Below, piece by piece: positions 18,504 to 25,740 of a stretch of 64,000 bases of DNA. The notes below the pieces were generated by a model, which worked only from the letters and a program-made list of their open reading frames with translations, was not told the origin of the DNA and did no database searches. Position 1 is the first letter of the stretch; each line of letters starts with the position of its first letter. Location of the stretch: assembly GCA_947460255.1 (NCBI GenBank), contig CANHIS010000002.1, positions 19,625 through 83,624 of the forward strand, read 5' to 3'. The DNA is from Bacteroidota bacterium. Lineage in GTDB: Bacteria; Bacteroidota; Bacteroidia; M30B66. The position numbers and the translations under genes are program-made.

Positions 18504-19604
18504 TTAAACGTTGAAACGGAAATGCATCACATCTCCATCAGCTACAACATATTCTTTTCCTTCAACGGCAAGCTTTCCATTGTCGCGACAAGCAGATTCA
18601 GATCCAAAGTGAATGAAATCTTGGTAATGAATTACTTCAGCACGGATGAACCCTTTTTCGAAATCTGTGTGAATTACACCTGCTGCTTGGGGCGCTTTCA
18701 TGCCTTTGGTGATGGTCCAAGCGCGAACCTCTTTCACACCAGCGGTGAAATACGTTTGTAAATTAAGCAGGTGATAAGCCGACTTGATCAATTTGTTCAC
18801 GCCAGGTTCTGCCAATCCGATTTCTTCCAAGAATGCCACTTTGTCTTCATACGTTTCCAATGAAGCAATTTCTGCTTCCATTGCAGCTGTAATGATCATG
18901 ATTTCTGCATTCTCCTCAGCTACCGAATTACGCACTGCTTCAACCATCGCGTTGCCCGATTTTGCCGACGCCTCATCCACATTGCACACATAAAGTACGG
19001 GCTTGTTGGTAAGTAAGTACATGTCGTTCGCAAAGTCGATGTCGTCTTGTTTTTCCAAGATCACACTTCTCGCAGATTTTCCTTGTTTGAGCACTTCTTG
19101 ATATTTGCTCAGAATTTCGTGTTGCTTCTTAGCGTCTTTGTCGCCAGCACGGGCTTGCTTTTCAATTTTTTGAAGACGTTTCTCAACTGTATCAAGGTCT
19201 TTCAATTGAAGTTCCAAATCGATCACCTCTTTGTCGCGCACCGGATTTACATTTCCGTCCACATGCACCACATTTGGATCATCGAAACAACGCAAAACAT
19301 GCAAAATCGCGTCGCATTCGCGGATGTTTCCAAGGAATTGATTTCCCAATCCTTCACCTTTCGATGCACCTTTCACCAGGCCGGCGATATCTACAATTTC
19401 AACGGTTGTTGGAACAATTTTCTCCGGTTTTACGAAGTTCGAAAGTGCCGTTAATCGTTCATCCGGTACAGTAATCACGCCCACATTGGGCTCGATTGTA
19501 CAAAACGGGAAGTTCGCAGCTTGTGCTTTAGCGTTGCTGAGACAATTGAAAAGGGTCGATTTTCCCACATTAGGCAAACCAACAATACCACATTTTAAGG
19601 CCAT
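18504..19604 (-). CDS. ychF: redox-regulated ATPase YchF
   Basis: MALKCGIVGLPNVGKSTLFN with a C-terminal TGS-like end DGDVMHFRFNV. It is 366 aa from ATG 19604; the track start at 19628 adds 8 residues. Confidence 0.95.
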   Translation of the reverse strand: MALKCGIVGLPNVGKSTLFNCLSNAKAQAANFPFCTIEPNVGVITVPDERLTALSNFVKPEKIVPTTVEIVDIAGLVKGASKGEGLGNQFLGNIRECDAILHVLRCFDDPNVVHVDGNVNPVRDKEVIDLELQLKDLDTVEKRLQKIEKQARAGDKDAKKQHEILSKYQEVLKQGKSARSVILEKQDDIDFANDMYLLTNKPVLYVCNVDEASAKSGNAMVEAVRNSVAEENAEIMIITAAMEAEIASLETYEDKVAFLEEIGLAEPGVNKLIKSAYHLLNLQTYFTAGVKEVRAWTITKGMKAPQAAGVIHTDFEKGFIRAEVIHYQDFIHFGSESACRDNGKLAVEGKEYVVADGDVMHFRFNV

Positions 19605-19613
19605 GATAAATCT

Positions 19614-19819
19614 GAAAAACGGCGGCAAATATAGTGATTCTGTACCGCTGATTTACGCCATGATTTTATTTGCTTTTAAGGTATTCTGATTCTTTTTTGT
19701 AATACATATTCAACGATTGTGGCGAGCCTTCAGAAACGACTTTTAACCTTGCTCCAACATTGTTTAAATTGCGAAACAACATCGCTGAACCTTTAGGAGC
19801 AACAGCTTTCGTTTTGTCG
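19614..19819. repeat. 206-bp imperfect direct repeat, left copy (ychF-proximal)
   Basis: Aligns without indels to 21353-21558 (offset 1739). I hand-counted 13 mismatches, 12 of them in 19621-19700, with 19727-19819 identical. Confidence 0.9.
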
Positions 19820-19839
19820 ATTTTCGTCACAGTGCTCAT
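19666..19839 (-). pseudogene. displaced 3' fragment of the 127-aa secreted protein gene (57-codon ORF)
   Basis: Hand translation MSTVTKIDKTKAVAPKGSAMLFRNLNNVGARLKVVSEGSPQSLNMYYKKESEYLKSK matches residues about 78-127 of the 21405..21788 product. The first 7 codons are unrelated. Confidence 0.6.
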
Positions 19840-19933
19840 GAATTGAATAATTTATTTGTCTGATCCACTTCATGAAGCTTGTCAAAGCAATGGTTGGTTT
19901 CGAGAAAAGCCGCTGAATTAAAGTCTTCTACAA

Positions 19934-21172
19934 TTAATTTTCGTACTCATTTAACAACCAATTAAACACATTTAAATGTCTTACACCATTGCGGTCTTGA
20001 GTAAATCCGTCTGTTGTGAGCAAATACTTAGGATAGTTGTCATTTACTTTTTCCAATGCTCCAAACTCTCGTTCTCGAGTGCTTTCATCTGTTACCAACC
20101 AAGCTACTTGGTAGTATTCTATTTCGCCTAATGCTGTTTTACAAACAAAGTCTACTTCGTTGTTCCTACTTGTACCTGTCCAAATTTTATTTCCTCTTCG
20201 CAAGAGTTCTAGATAAACAATGTTTTCTAAGATGTGTCCTCGATCGGTAGTGCGTTCTTTACCCACCAAAACATTAAGCAAACCTGCGTCTACTAAGTAG
20301 TATTTTTCTTGGGTAGCAAGTTGCTTTCGCCCTTTCAATTCAAACCGATTTACCTTATAGAATACAAAACTGGCAACCAAGTAATCTAAGTACTTCTCCA
20401 CGGTGGTATTGTGTGTCGTTTGTCCATCGTGTTTTAAAGTTTTAGCAATATTTCCGGGAGAAAGCGGACTACCTATGTTTGATGCAATAAATTTTGTGAT
20501 ATTTCCGAAAGCTCGTTTATCATTGATTTGATGTCGTTGGGTGATGTCTTTTTCGATAATAGTGTTGTAAATAGCCTCCATATATTCATGGATTTTGTCG
20601 TAACCAGCTTCTCGCAGCTCAATTCCTTTAGGCAGAGAAGTTTCGTTTATATAATCAAAAAATAATGACTCATAATTAAGGTATTTCTTGCCAGTGTCTA
20701 TGTTTCTCGCTATTAGATATTCATGAAATGAAAATGGTAAAATAGAAAGTTCAATAAATCGGCCACTTAACAAAGTAGCCAATTCGCTGCTCAATAACAT
20801 GGCATTGGATCCTGTGATGTATAAATCCACATTTTTTTTGACAAACAGCCCATCCACTAGTCGTTCGAATTCCTTCACATTTTGCACTTCGTCTAAGAAT
20901 ACATAAGAAGGTTTCGATAGGTCCAATTGTTCTATGATATAAGAATACAGCCCATCTAAATCAGTAAGAAATCTCCGTAATTCAAATTCCTCAAAGTTTA
21001 AGGAAATGATCTGATTAGGCTGAACTCCCAAATTTTGCAACTCTATTCTATAAAGTTCAAGTAAAGTACTTTTACCCGATCGGCGCAAGCCTGTGACTAC
21101 TTTTATAAGATCTTGGTCTTTGTAAGCCAGAAGTTTTTTTATGTACTGCTTCCTAACGATGAGTCTTGCCAT
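19934..21172 (-). CDS. AAA+ ATPase with C-terminal DUF4143-like domain (COG1373 type)
   Basis: Walker A GLRRSGKSTLL, Walker B YVFLDEVQ, and a C-terminal block GHILENIVYLELLRRG...NEVDFVCK...YYQVAW typical of AAA_14 + DUF4143 proteins. The ATG at 21170-21172 is preferred over the TTG at 21178 used by the track. Confidence 0.88.
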   Translation of the reverse strand: MARLIVRKQYIKKLLAYKDQDLIKVVTGLRRSGKSTLLELYRIELQNLGVQPNQIISLNFEEFELRRFLTDLDGLYSYIIEQLDLSKPSYVFLDEVQNVKEFERLVDGLFVKKNVDLYITGSNAMLLSSELATLLSGRFIELSILPFSFHEYLIARNIDTGKKYLNYESLFFDYINETSLPKGIELREAGYDKIHEYMEAIYNTIIEKDITQRHQINDKRAFGNITKFIASNIGSPLSPGNIAKTLKHDGQTTHNTTVEKYLDYLVASFVFYKVNRFELKGRKQLATQEKYYLVDAGLLNVLVGKERTTDRGHILENIVYLELLRRGNKIWTGTSRNNEVDFVCKTALGEIEYYQVAWLVTDESTREREFGALEKVNDNYPKYLLTTDGFTQDRNGVRHLNVFNWLLNEYEN

Positions 21173-21192
21173 CTGCAAATATAATTCATAGA

Positions 21193-21229
21193 ATTATTAA
21201 AACTTGCACAATTTGCATGTTTTAATAAT
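21193..21229. promoter_or_regulatory. perfect 11-bp inverted repeat upstream of the ATPase gene (candidate operator)
   Basis: ATTATTAAAAC-N15-GTTTTAATAAT, 21-57 nt upstream of ATG 21172. A TATATTTG box (the TAnnTTTG form) lies between it and the ATG. Confidence 0.4.
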
Positions 21230-21352
21230 AGCTCTAGTTGTGTGTTTTCGATGGCGCATGTTTGAGTTTGAGCATCGAAACAACGCCATTAGTTAACGAT
21301 GTTACTAAGTTATGCAAATCAACAAGACAAATTTTGAAGCTACAATACATCA

Positions 21353-21558
21353 GAAAAACGGCGTCACAAACAGAGATTCTGTACCGCTGATTTACGCCAT
21401 GATTTTATTTGCCTCTCTGGTATTCTGATTCCTTCTTATAATACATATTCAACGATTGTGGCGAACCTTCAGAAACGACTTTTAACCTTGCTCCAACATT
21501 GTTTAAATTGCGAAACAACATCGCTGAACCTTTAGGAGCAACAGCTTTCGTTTTGTCG
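21353..21558. repeat. 206-bp imperfect direct repeat, right copy (inside and downstream of the intact 127-aa gene)
   Basis: See the left copy at 19614-19819. Weaker similarity extends about 14 nt further left in both copies, up to the ychF start codon in the left copy. Confidence 0.9.
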
Positions 21559-21788
21559 CCAGGCTTCAGCACAATAAGTTCCTTTTCAGAATTGTCGGGC
21601 AGTAATAGCAAAATCGTTATTGGAACTAAACCTACATTTTTAGCACTTGCCTCAAACGCGAAATCTTGTCCACCACCTAAGTAAAACTGTTCGTTCGCCG
21701 GAATTCTAAGATTCGATTTTATAGTGCTCGGGAGATCGAACGAACTTAATGAGAGCATTATTGCTAACGTAAAAAGTAATTTTTTCAT
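21405..21788 (-). CDS. hypothetical secreted protein (127 aa)
   Basis: Signal peptide MKKLLFTLAIMLSLSSF and coding-like composition. Its last 51 codons lie in the right direct repeat. Confidence 0.7.
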   Translation of the reverse strand: MKKLLFTLAIMLSLSSFDLPSTIKSNLRIPANEQFYLGGGQDFAFEASAKNVGLVPITILLLLPDNSEKELIVLKPGDKTKAVAPKGSAMLFRNLNNVGARLKVVSEGSPQSLNMYYKKESEYQRGK

Positions 21789-21898
21789 AGGAATATTTAT
21801 GTTTGAACAGAAAGCATGACCGAATGTTTATCGTTAGTGCTTGGAATTAAAATTAGGCACAAAGCATTATTTTTTATATTTGTTTCAAACCCTCTGAC

Positions 21899-22336
21899 AT
21901 GACCAAGTTTCTTAGTAAAATCAACGAATCTTGGCAATTCAAGCATTCTAGCTTTGCGCATAGCCAGATTGAAATATCCGATTACCACAAATTCGATAAC
22001 CAATGTTTCAGAGGATTTATTTTTTTCGATTTCGATCAAGTGGAAACTACGCCACTAGGCCCAAACCAATTTTGGGATTATTTTCTGCTCAATGAAGATT
22101 ATCAAGATACACTCACCATCGTAAAATCCGATTTAACATCATCATTTCCAGAGTCGGAATTTGCCATCACTACAAACAATCTTTCATATTTCTACGAATC
22201 ATTAACCACCAATGGGGTTGTGATTGAAGGTCGTGCCGTGTACGATCCAATTTTCGATTCTCAAATCATTACACCATTTGAGAGCTACGGTTTCTCGCTG
22301 CCTTATCCAATAATTTTGTTAACATTGATCAGTTAG
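21899..22336 (+). CDS. hypothetical protein (145 aa)
   Basis: The ORF has the same orientation as mqnD and ends 23 nt upstream of it. It is preferred over the overlapping minus ORF 21797..22039. I recognise no family. Confidence 0.45.
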   Translation: MTKFLSKINESWQFKHSSFAHSQIEISDYHKFDNQCFRGFIFFDFDQVETTPLGPNQFWDYFLLNEDYQDTLTIVKSDLTSSFPESEFAITTNNLSYFYESLTTNGVVIEGRAVYDPIFDSQIITPFESYGFSLPYPIILLTLIS

Positions 22337-22359
22337 GATTCAAATTTCAGTCTTGAATT

Positions 22360-23202
22360 ATGCAACTTAAATTGGGTTTTTCTCCTTGTCCAAATGATAC
22401 TTTTATTTTCAATGCAATTGTCAACGGATTAATCTCTGATCCCGAGATCTCATTTAAAGTTGAACTAGGAGATGTTGAAGCACTGAATCAATCTGCACTT
22501 CGGCAAGAGGCCGACATCACCAAGCTTTCCTTCGGAACTGTGCCTAAAGTATCCTCAAATTATCAAGTGCTGGATGCTGGTGCTGCCTTAGGTTTTGGAT
22601 GCGGACCTTTACTGGTATCGCGAAAACCTATCACTGTTGAAAAATTTCTATCAGCAAAAGTGGCAATTCCTGGTTTTCACACCACGGCCAATCTGTTGTT
22701 AAGCATGGCTTTTCCATTCATCCGCGACAAACGTGAATTTCTTTTTTCGGATATAGAAAACGCAGTTTTAAATGAAGAAGCAGACCTTGGCTTAATTATC
22801 CATGAGAATCGATTTACCTACGAAAGTCGAGGTTTGGTTAAGGTAGTTGATCTCGGAGAACTTTGGGAGACGAATTACAAATTGCCAGTGCCACTGGGAT
22901 GTATTGCCATTCGCAGAGATTTAGACGAATCCATCAAGCGAAAGGTGAGCGGCTTGATCAGAAAAAGTGTTCAAATGGCATTCTCAGAACCCGAAAAAAC
23001 AATGCCTTACGTGTCGCAACATGCACAAGCTATGGATGTTGAGGTGATGAAGCAACATATTGCATTGTACGTGAATGAATTCAGTGTGTCCTTAGGTGAA
23101 AAAGGAAGAAATGCAGTAAATGAAATGTTTAAAATTGCTGCAGAAGCCCAACTCGTGAGCGAAATCGTTGAACCGCTTTTTATCGATTCAGACCTTTTGT
23201 AA
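22360..23202 (+). CDS. mqnD: 1,4-dihydroxy-6-naphthoate synthase (futalosine pathway, MqnD-like)
   Basis: The N-terminus LKLGFSPCPNDTFIF is the MqnD-type signature of the MqnA/MqnD (VitK2 biosynthesis) family, and the 280-aa length fits. Confidence 0.72.
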   Translation: MQLKLGFSPCPNDTFIFNAIVNGLISDPEISFKVELGDVEALNQSALRQEADITKLSFGTVPKVSSNYQVLDAGAALGFGCGPLLVSRKPITVEKFLSAKVAIPGFHTTANLLLSMAFPFIRDKREFLFSDIENAVLNEEADLGLIIHENRFTYESRGLVKVVDLGELWETNYKLPVPLGCIAIRRDLDESIKRKVSGLIRKSVQMAFSEPEKTMPYVSQHAQAMDVEVMKQHIALYVNEFSVSLGEKGRNAVNEMFKIAAEAQLVSEIVEPLFIDSDLL

Positions 23203-23526
23203 ACGCGGCAGTTCCACATCCGCGATAGCGCGCATAGTAATGGTGCCAAAAACATGTGGAAAAAAACCTGATCCATCATCAGCCGCCTCGTAAATTACAG
23301 GCACATTTAGAAGTGATGTATCAATTTTCAATACCCGAAGATCGTTTCGATTCTTAAAGAACCGTTTCAATGTTCCTGAAATTTGTTCCTCTTTCGAACA
23401 ATGAATAAATCCTTCTGCATCAAGCGAAGAAGCTGTGTATTCGGACAATGATTTTTGTTTTTCCCAATCGGAAATACAAACAATGTGGTAGATAAATCTC
23501 GGAGCAGCCATCAGAATCGATTGCAA
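23188..23526 (-). CDS. DUF952 domain protein
   Basis: IYHIV...W...Y..SSLDAEGFIHCS...Q......F......L.VL.ID...L...V..E....G..FPHVFG, the DUF952 pattern. It overlaps the convergent mqnD 3' end by 15 nt. An alternative start is at 23511. Confidence 0.8.
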   Translation of the reverse strand: MQSILMAAPRFIYHIVCISDWEKQKSLSEYTASSLDAEGFIHCSKEEQISGTLKRFFKNRNDLRVLKIDTSLLNVPVIYEAADDGSGFFPHVFGTITMRAIADVELPRLQKV

Positions 23527-23687
23527 ATTTAGCGAAGACCATCAATACGACAATCCATTTACATTCATTATTTTAACGTTGATCTTGCACGAAGGTTTGT
23601 GAACTTTATAAATAGCACGTAAGATTCGAACTGAAATCGGAGCAACAGCGCATCTGTCTTTCTCGTATTGCACCCAAAATTAAGCAT

Positions 23688-24872
23688 ATGGCAAAATTTG
23701 TTACACGTATTTTCGTCGTTGAAGACAATGAATTCTTCGCAACTTTAATCAAGCAAAAGCTTGAAATGAACGATCAGAATGAGGTCACGCTTTTCTTTAA
23801 TGGCGACGATTTCAGAAATCATTTGCACCAAAATCCCGACATCGTGGTGCTCGATTATAACCTTCCAAATAGCAATGGAATCGATCTGCTTAAGGAAATC
23901 AAAAACTACAACCAAGAAATTAAAACTATTGTTGTTTCGGGGCAGGAAAAGGTTGATGTTGTGATCGAAGCCTTCGAATGTGGCGCTGAAGAATACATTA
24001 AAAAAGACGACAATGCCCTGCAACTGCTCGATTTAAAGGTGCAGAAACACAGTGGAAGCGTAAATCTCCGCAAGGAAGTCGATCATTTGAGAGATCAAAT
24101 CATCGACCGACACCGCTACGACCGAATCATTGGCGAAAGTCAAGCATTGTTAAAGGTGCTCCGCCTCATCCAAAAGGTTGAGAAAACCAATATGCTCGCG
24201 CTCATTACGGGCGAAAGTGGAACCGGAAAAGAACTTGTTGCATCAGCCATCCATTACAATTCGGTGCGCAAAAACAAGCCATTTGTAGCTGTAAATGTGG
24301 CTGCAATTCCTGAAGATTTAATGGAATCAGAATTATTTGGTCATGAACGTGGAGCCTTTACCGGAGCCGATAGCAAACGAATCGGAAAGTTCGAAGAAGC
24401 CAACGAAGGCACAATTTTCCTTGATGAAATTGGTGAAATGGACGTGCACATGCAAACCAAATTGTTGCGTGTGTTGCAAGAAAGTAAGATCACCCGTTTG
24501 GGTTCCAACAAAGAAATTGCGCTCAATGTGCGCGTGATTGCAGCAACCAATAAAAACCTGGCACAACGCGTAAAGGATGGAAAAATGCGCGAAGATTTGT
24601 ACTACCGCTTACAAGGATTTTTAATTCATCTTCCACCGCTGCGCGACAGAGAAAACGACTTGTTGATTTTGGCTAGAAACATGCTGCGACAGTTCTGCGA
24701 CGGCAATCGAATCCCTCAGAAATCATTTTCATCAGATTCATTAAAGGCTATGATGAAACATCCATGGAGCGGGAATGTACGCGAATTAAAAGCCTTTGTA
24801 GAACGTGCAGTTTTAATTTCTGATGGCGATGTAATTGAAGAGGAAGATTTGATTTTTTCACAGGATATTTAG
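23688..24872 (+). CDS. sigma-54-dependent response regulator (REC + AAA+ activator domain, no C-terminal HTH)
   Basis: REC domain (VVLDYNLPNSNG), Walker A GESGTGKE, the sigma-54 contact loop GAFTGA, Walker B IFLDEIGE, and the NVRELKAFVERAV end of the AAA+ module. Only 19 residues follow. Confidence 0.9.
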   Translation: MAKFVTRIFVVEDNEFFATLIKQKLEMNDQNEVTLFFNGDDFRNHLHQNPDIVVLDYNLPNSNGIDLLKEIKNYNQEIKTIVVSGQEKVDVVIEAFECGAEEYIKKDDNALQLLDLKVQKHSGSVNLRKEVDHLRDQIIDRHRYDRIIGESQALLKVLRLIQKVEKTNMLALITGESGTGKELVASAIHYNSVRKNKPFVAVNVAAIPEDLMESELFGHERGAFTGADSKRIGKFEEANEGTIFLDEIGEMDVHMQTKLLRVLQESKITRLGSNKEIALNVRVIAATNKNLAQRVKDGKMREDLYYRLQGFLIHLPPLRDRENDLLILARNMLRQFCDGNRIPQKSFSSDSLKAMMKHPWSGNVRELKAFVERAVLISDGDVIEEEDLIFSQDI

Positions 24873-24896
24873 TCTTTCGAAATCGAAGATAATGAT

Positions 24897-24926
24897 AGCC
24901 CAGCCCGCAAAGTTGGGCTTTTTTAT
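24897..24926 (+). terminator. rho-independent terminator
   Basis: AGCCCA / TGGGCT stem with an 11-nt loop, followed by TTTTTTATTT. Confidence 0.55.
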
Positions 24927-25003
24927 TTCTGTAAAAATCGCCATCAGTGTTGTGTTATAATACAACAACCTGCCATTTCAACGTGCTAAGTTGCGCGATA
25001 TTA

Positions 25004-25318
25004 ATGGCAGAGTTTCCCGATCCTATAATGCAATGTTTGGAGGCTGTTGGAAGAAATATCGCAATCTTCCGGCAGCGAAAGGGAATGACCTTGCAAGAGC
25101 TTGCTGAGGATGTTGGTGCCGACAAATCAGCCATCAGTAAATATGAAGCCGGAGCCAACCCAACATTAGTAACCTTGCTGAGAATTGCAACCGCTTTAGA
25201 CATCACCATTGTCGATCTTGTGCGAACCGATATCGTATTGAGCGATAATGAAATTGACGAATACGCCCAAACGAAAAAAATGCGGCGAAAATCGGGCAGC
25301 CCCGACAAAGAAGACTAA
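25004..25318 (+). CDS. XRE family helix-turn-helix transcriptional regulator
   Basis: IAIFRQRKGMTLQELAEDVGADKSAISKYEAGANPTLVTLLRIATALDITIVDLV is a classic HTH_3 domain. The start is chosen at ATG 25004. The antisense ORF 24955..25308 is rejected. Confidence 0.8.
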   Translation: MAEFPDPIMQCLEAVGRNIAIFRQRKGMTLQELAEDVGADKSAISKYEAGANPTLVTLLRIATALDITIVDLVRTDIVLSDNEIDEYAQTKKMRRKSGSPDKED

Positions 25319-25338
25319 TCAAATCAAGATTCTTATAT

Positions 25339-25740
25339 TTGGGCATGCGGAATATCCTAGCCACTTTCGGTGGATTGGCTTCGGCCATCTTGGTTTTTAT
25401 TGTTTTCGAGTTGATTGGTTCAACCGTTTATCCAACGCCAGTAGGTTTCGATTACAACGATCCTGCAGCCATGAAAAGTTTTGTTGATACAATGCCTTTG
25501 GGAGCGCTCATGCTCGTACTTGCAGGTTACATCACTGGTTCGTTTGTATGTGGATTTGTGATGGCCAAGTTTGCGCGCAACGAAAAGAAGATTTTGCCAC
25601 TTATTGCAGGTGCGACTCTCACTTTGGCTGGTTTCGCTAACGTAATGAACATCAAGCATTCGCTATGGTTTAGCGTGCTAGTTTTGGTGGTTTTTATCCC
25701 ATTTGTGCTGGTAGGATACAAACTCGTTCGGAAAGCTTAA
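25339..25740 (+). CDS. small integral membrane protein (about 4 predicted TM helices)
   Basis: 133 aa with four hydrophobic stretches (LASAILVFIVFELIG, GALMLVLAGYITGSFVCGFV, ILPLIAGATLTLAGF, LWFSVLVLVVFIPFVLVGY). It starts 20 nt after the XRE gene. Confidence 0.65.
   Translation: MGMRNILATFGGLASAILVFIVFELIGSTVYPTPVGFDYNDPAAMKSFVDTMPLGALMLVLAGYITGSFVCGFVMAKFARNEKKILPLIAGATLTLAGFANVMNIKHSLWFSVLVLVVFIPFVLVGYKLVRKA

Larger units (their letters stand above)
19820..21352. mobile_element. putative single-gene insertion (islet) carrying only the AAA_14/DUF4143-type ATPase
   Basis: A unique segment bounded by the 206-bp direct repeats. Sampled 60-nt rows were AT-richer than flanking genes (about 25-42 percent GC versus about 38-42 percent, by hand count). 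I found no integrase, transposase or terminal inverted repeats. Confidence 0.45.

Noticed and set aside
19820-21352. Classical insertion sequence or integrative element
   Set aside because: I recognised no transposase, integrase or recombinase, and I found no terminal inverted repeats at the islet ends. The flanking duplication (206 bp) is far too long for a target-site duplication. It is kept only as a putative islet of unknown mobility.
21797-22039. An 80-aa minus ORF upstream of the 127-aa gene
   Set aside because: It overlaps the start of the more coding-like plus ORF 21899..22336, which leads into mqnD. It has no signal or motif. Neither ORF is strongly supported, and the plus one is reported with low confidence.
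24955-25308. A 117-aa minus ORF opposite the XRE gene
   Set aside because: The plus-strand frame encodes a textbook HTH_3 domain. The minus-frame product has no recognisable features.
25004-25740. Toxin-antitoxin reading of the XRE plus small-ORF pair
   Set aside because: The second gene encodes a four-helix membrane protein with no recognisable toxin fold. The XRE protein has no partner of known TA type. The evidence is insufficient.
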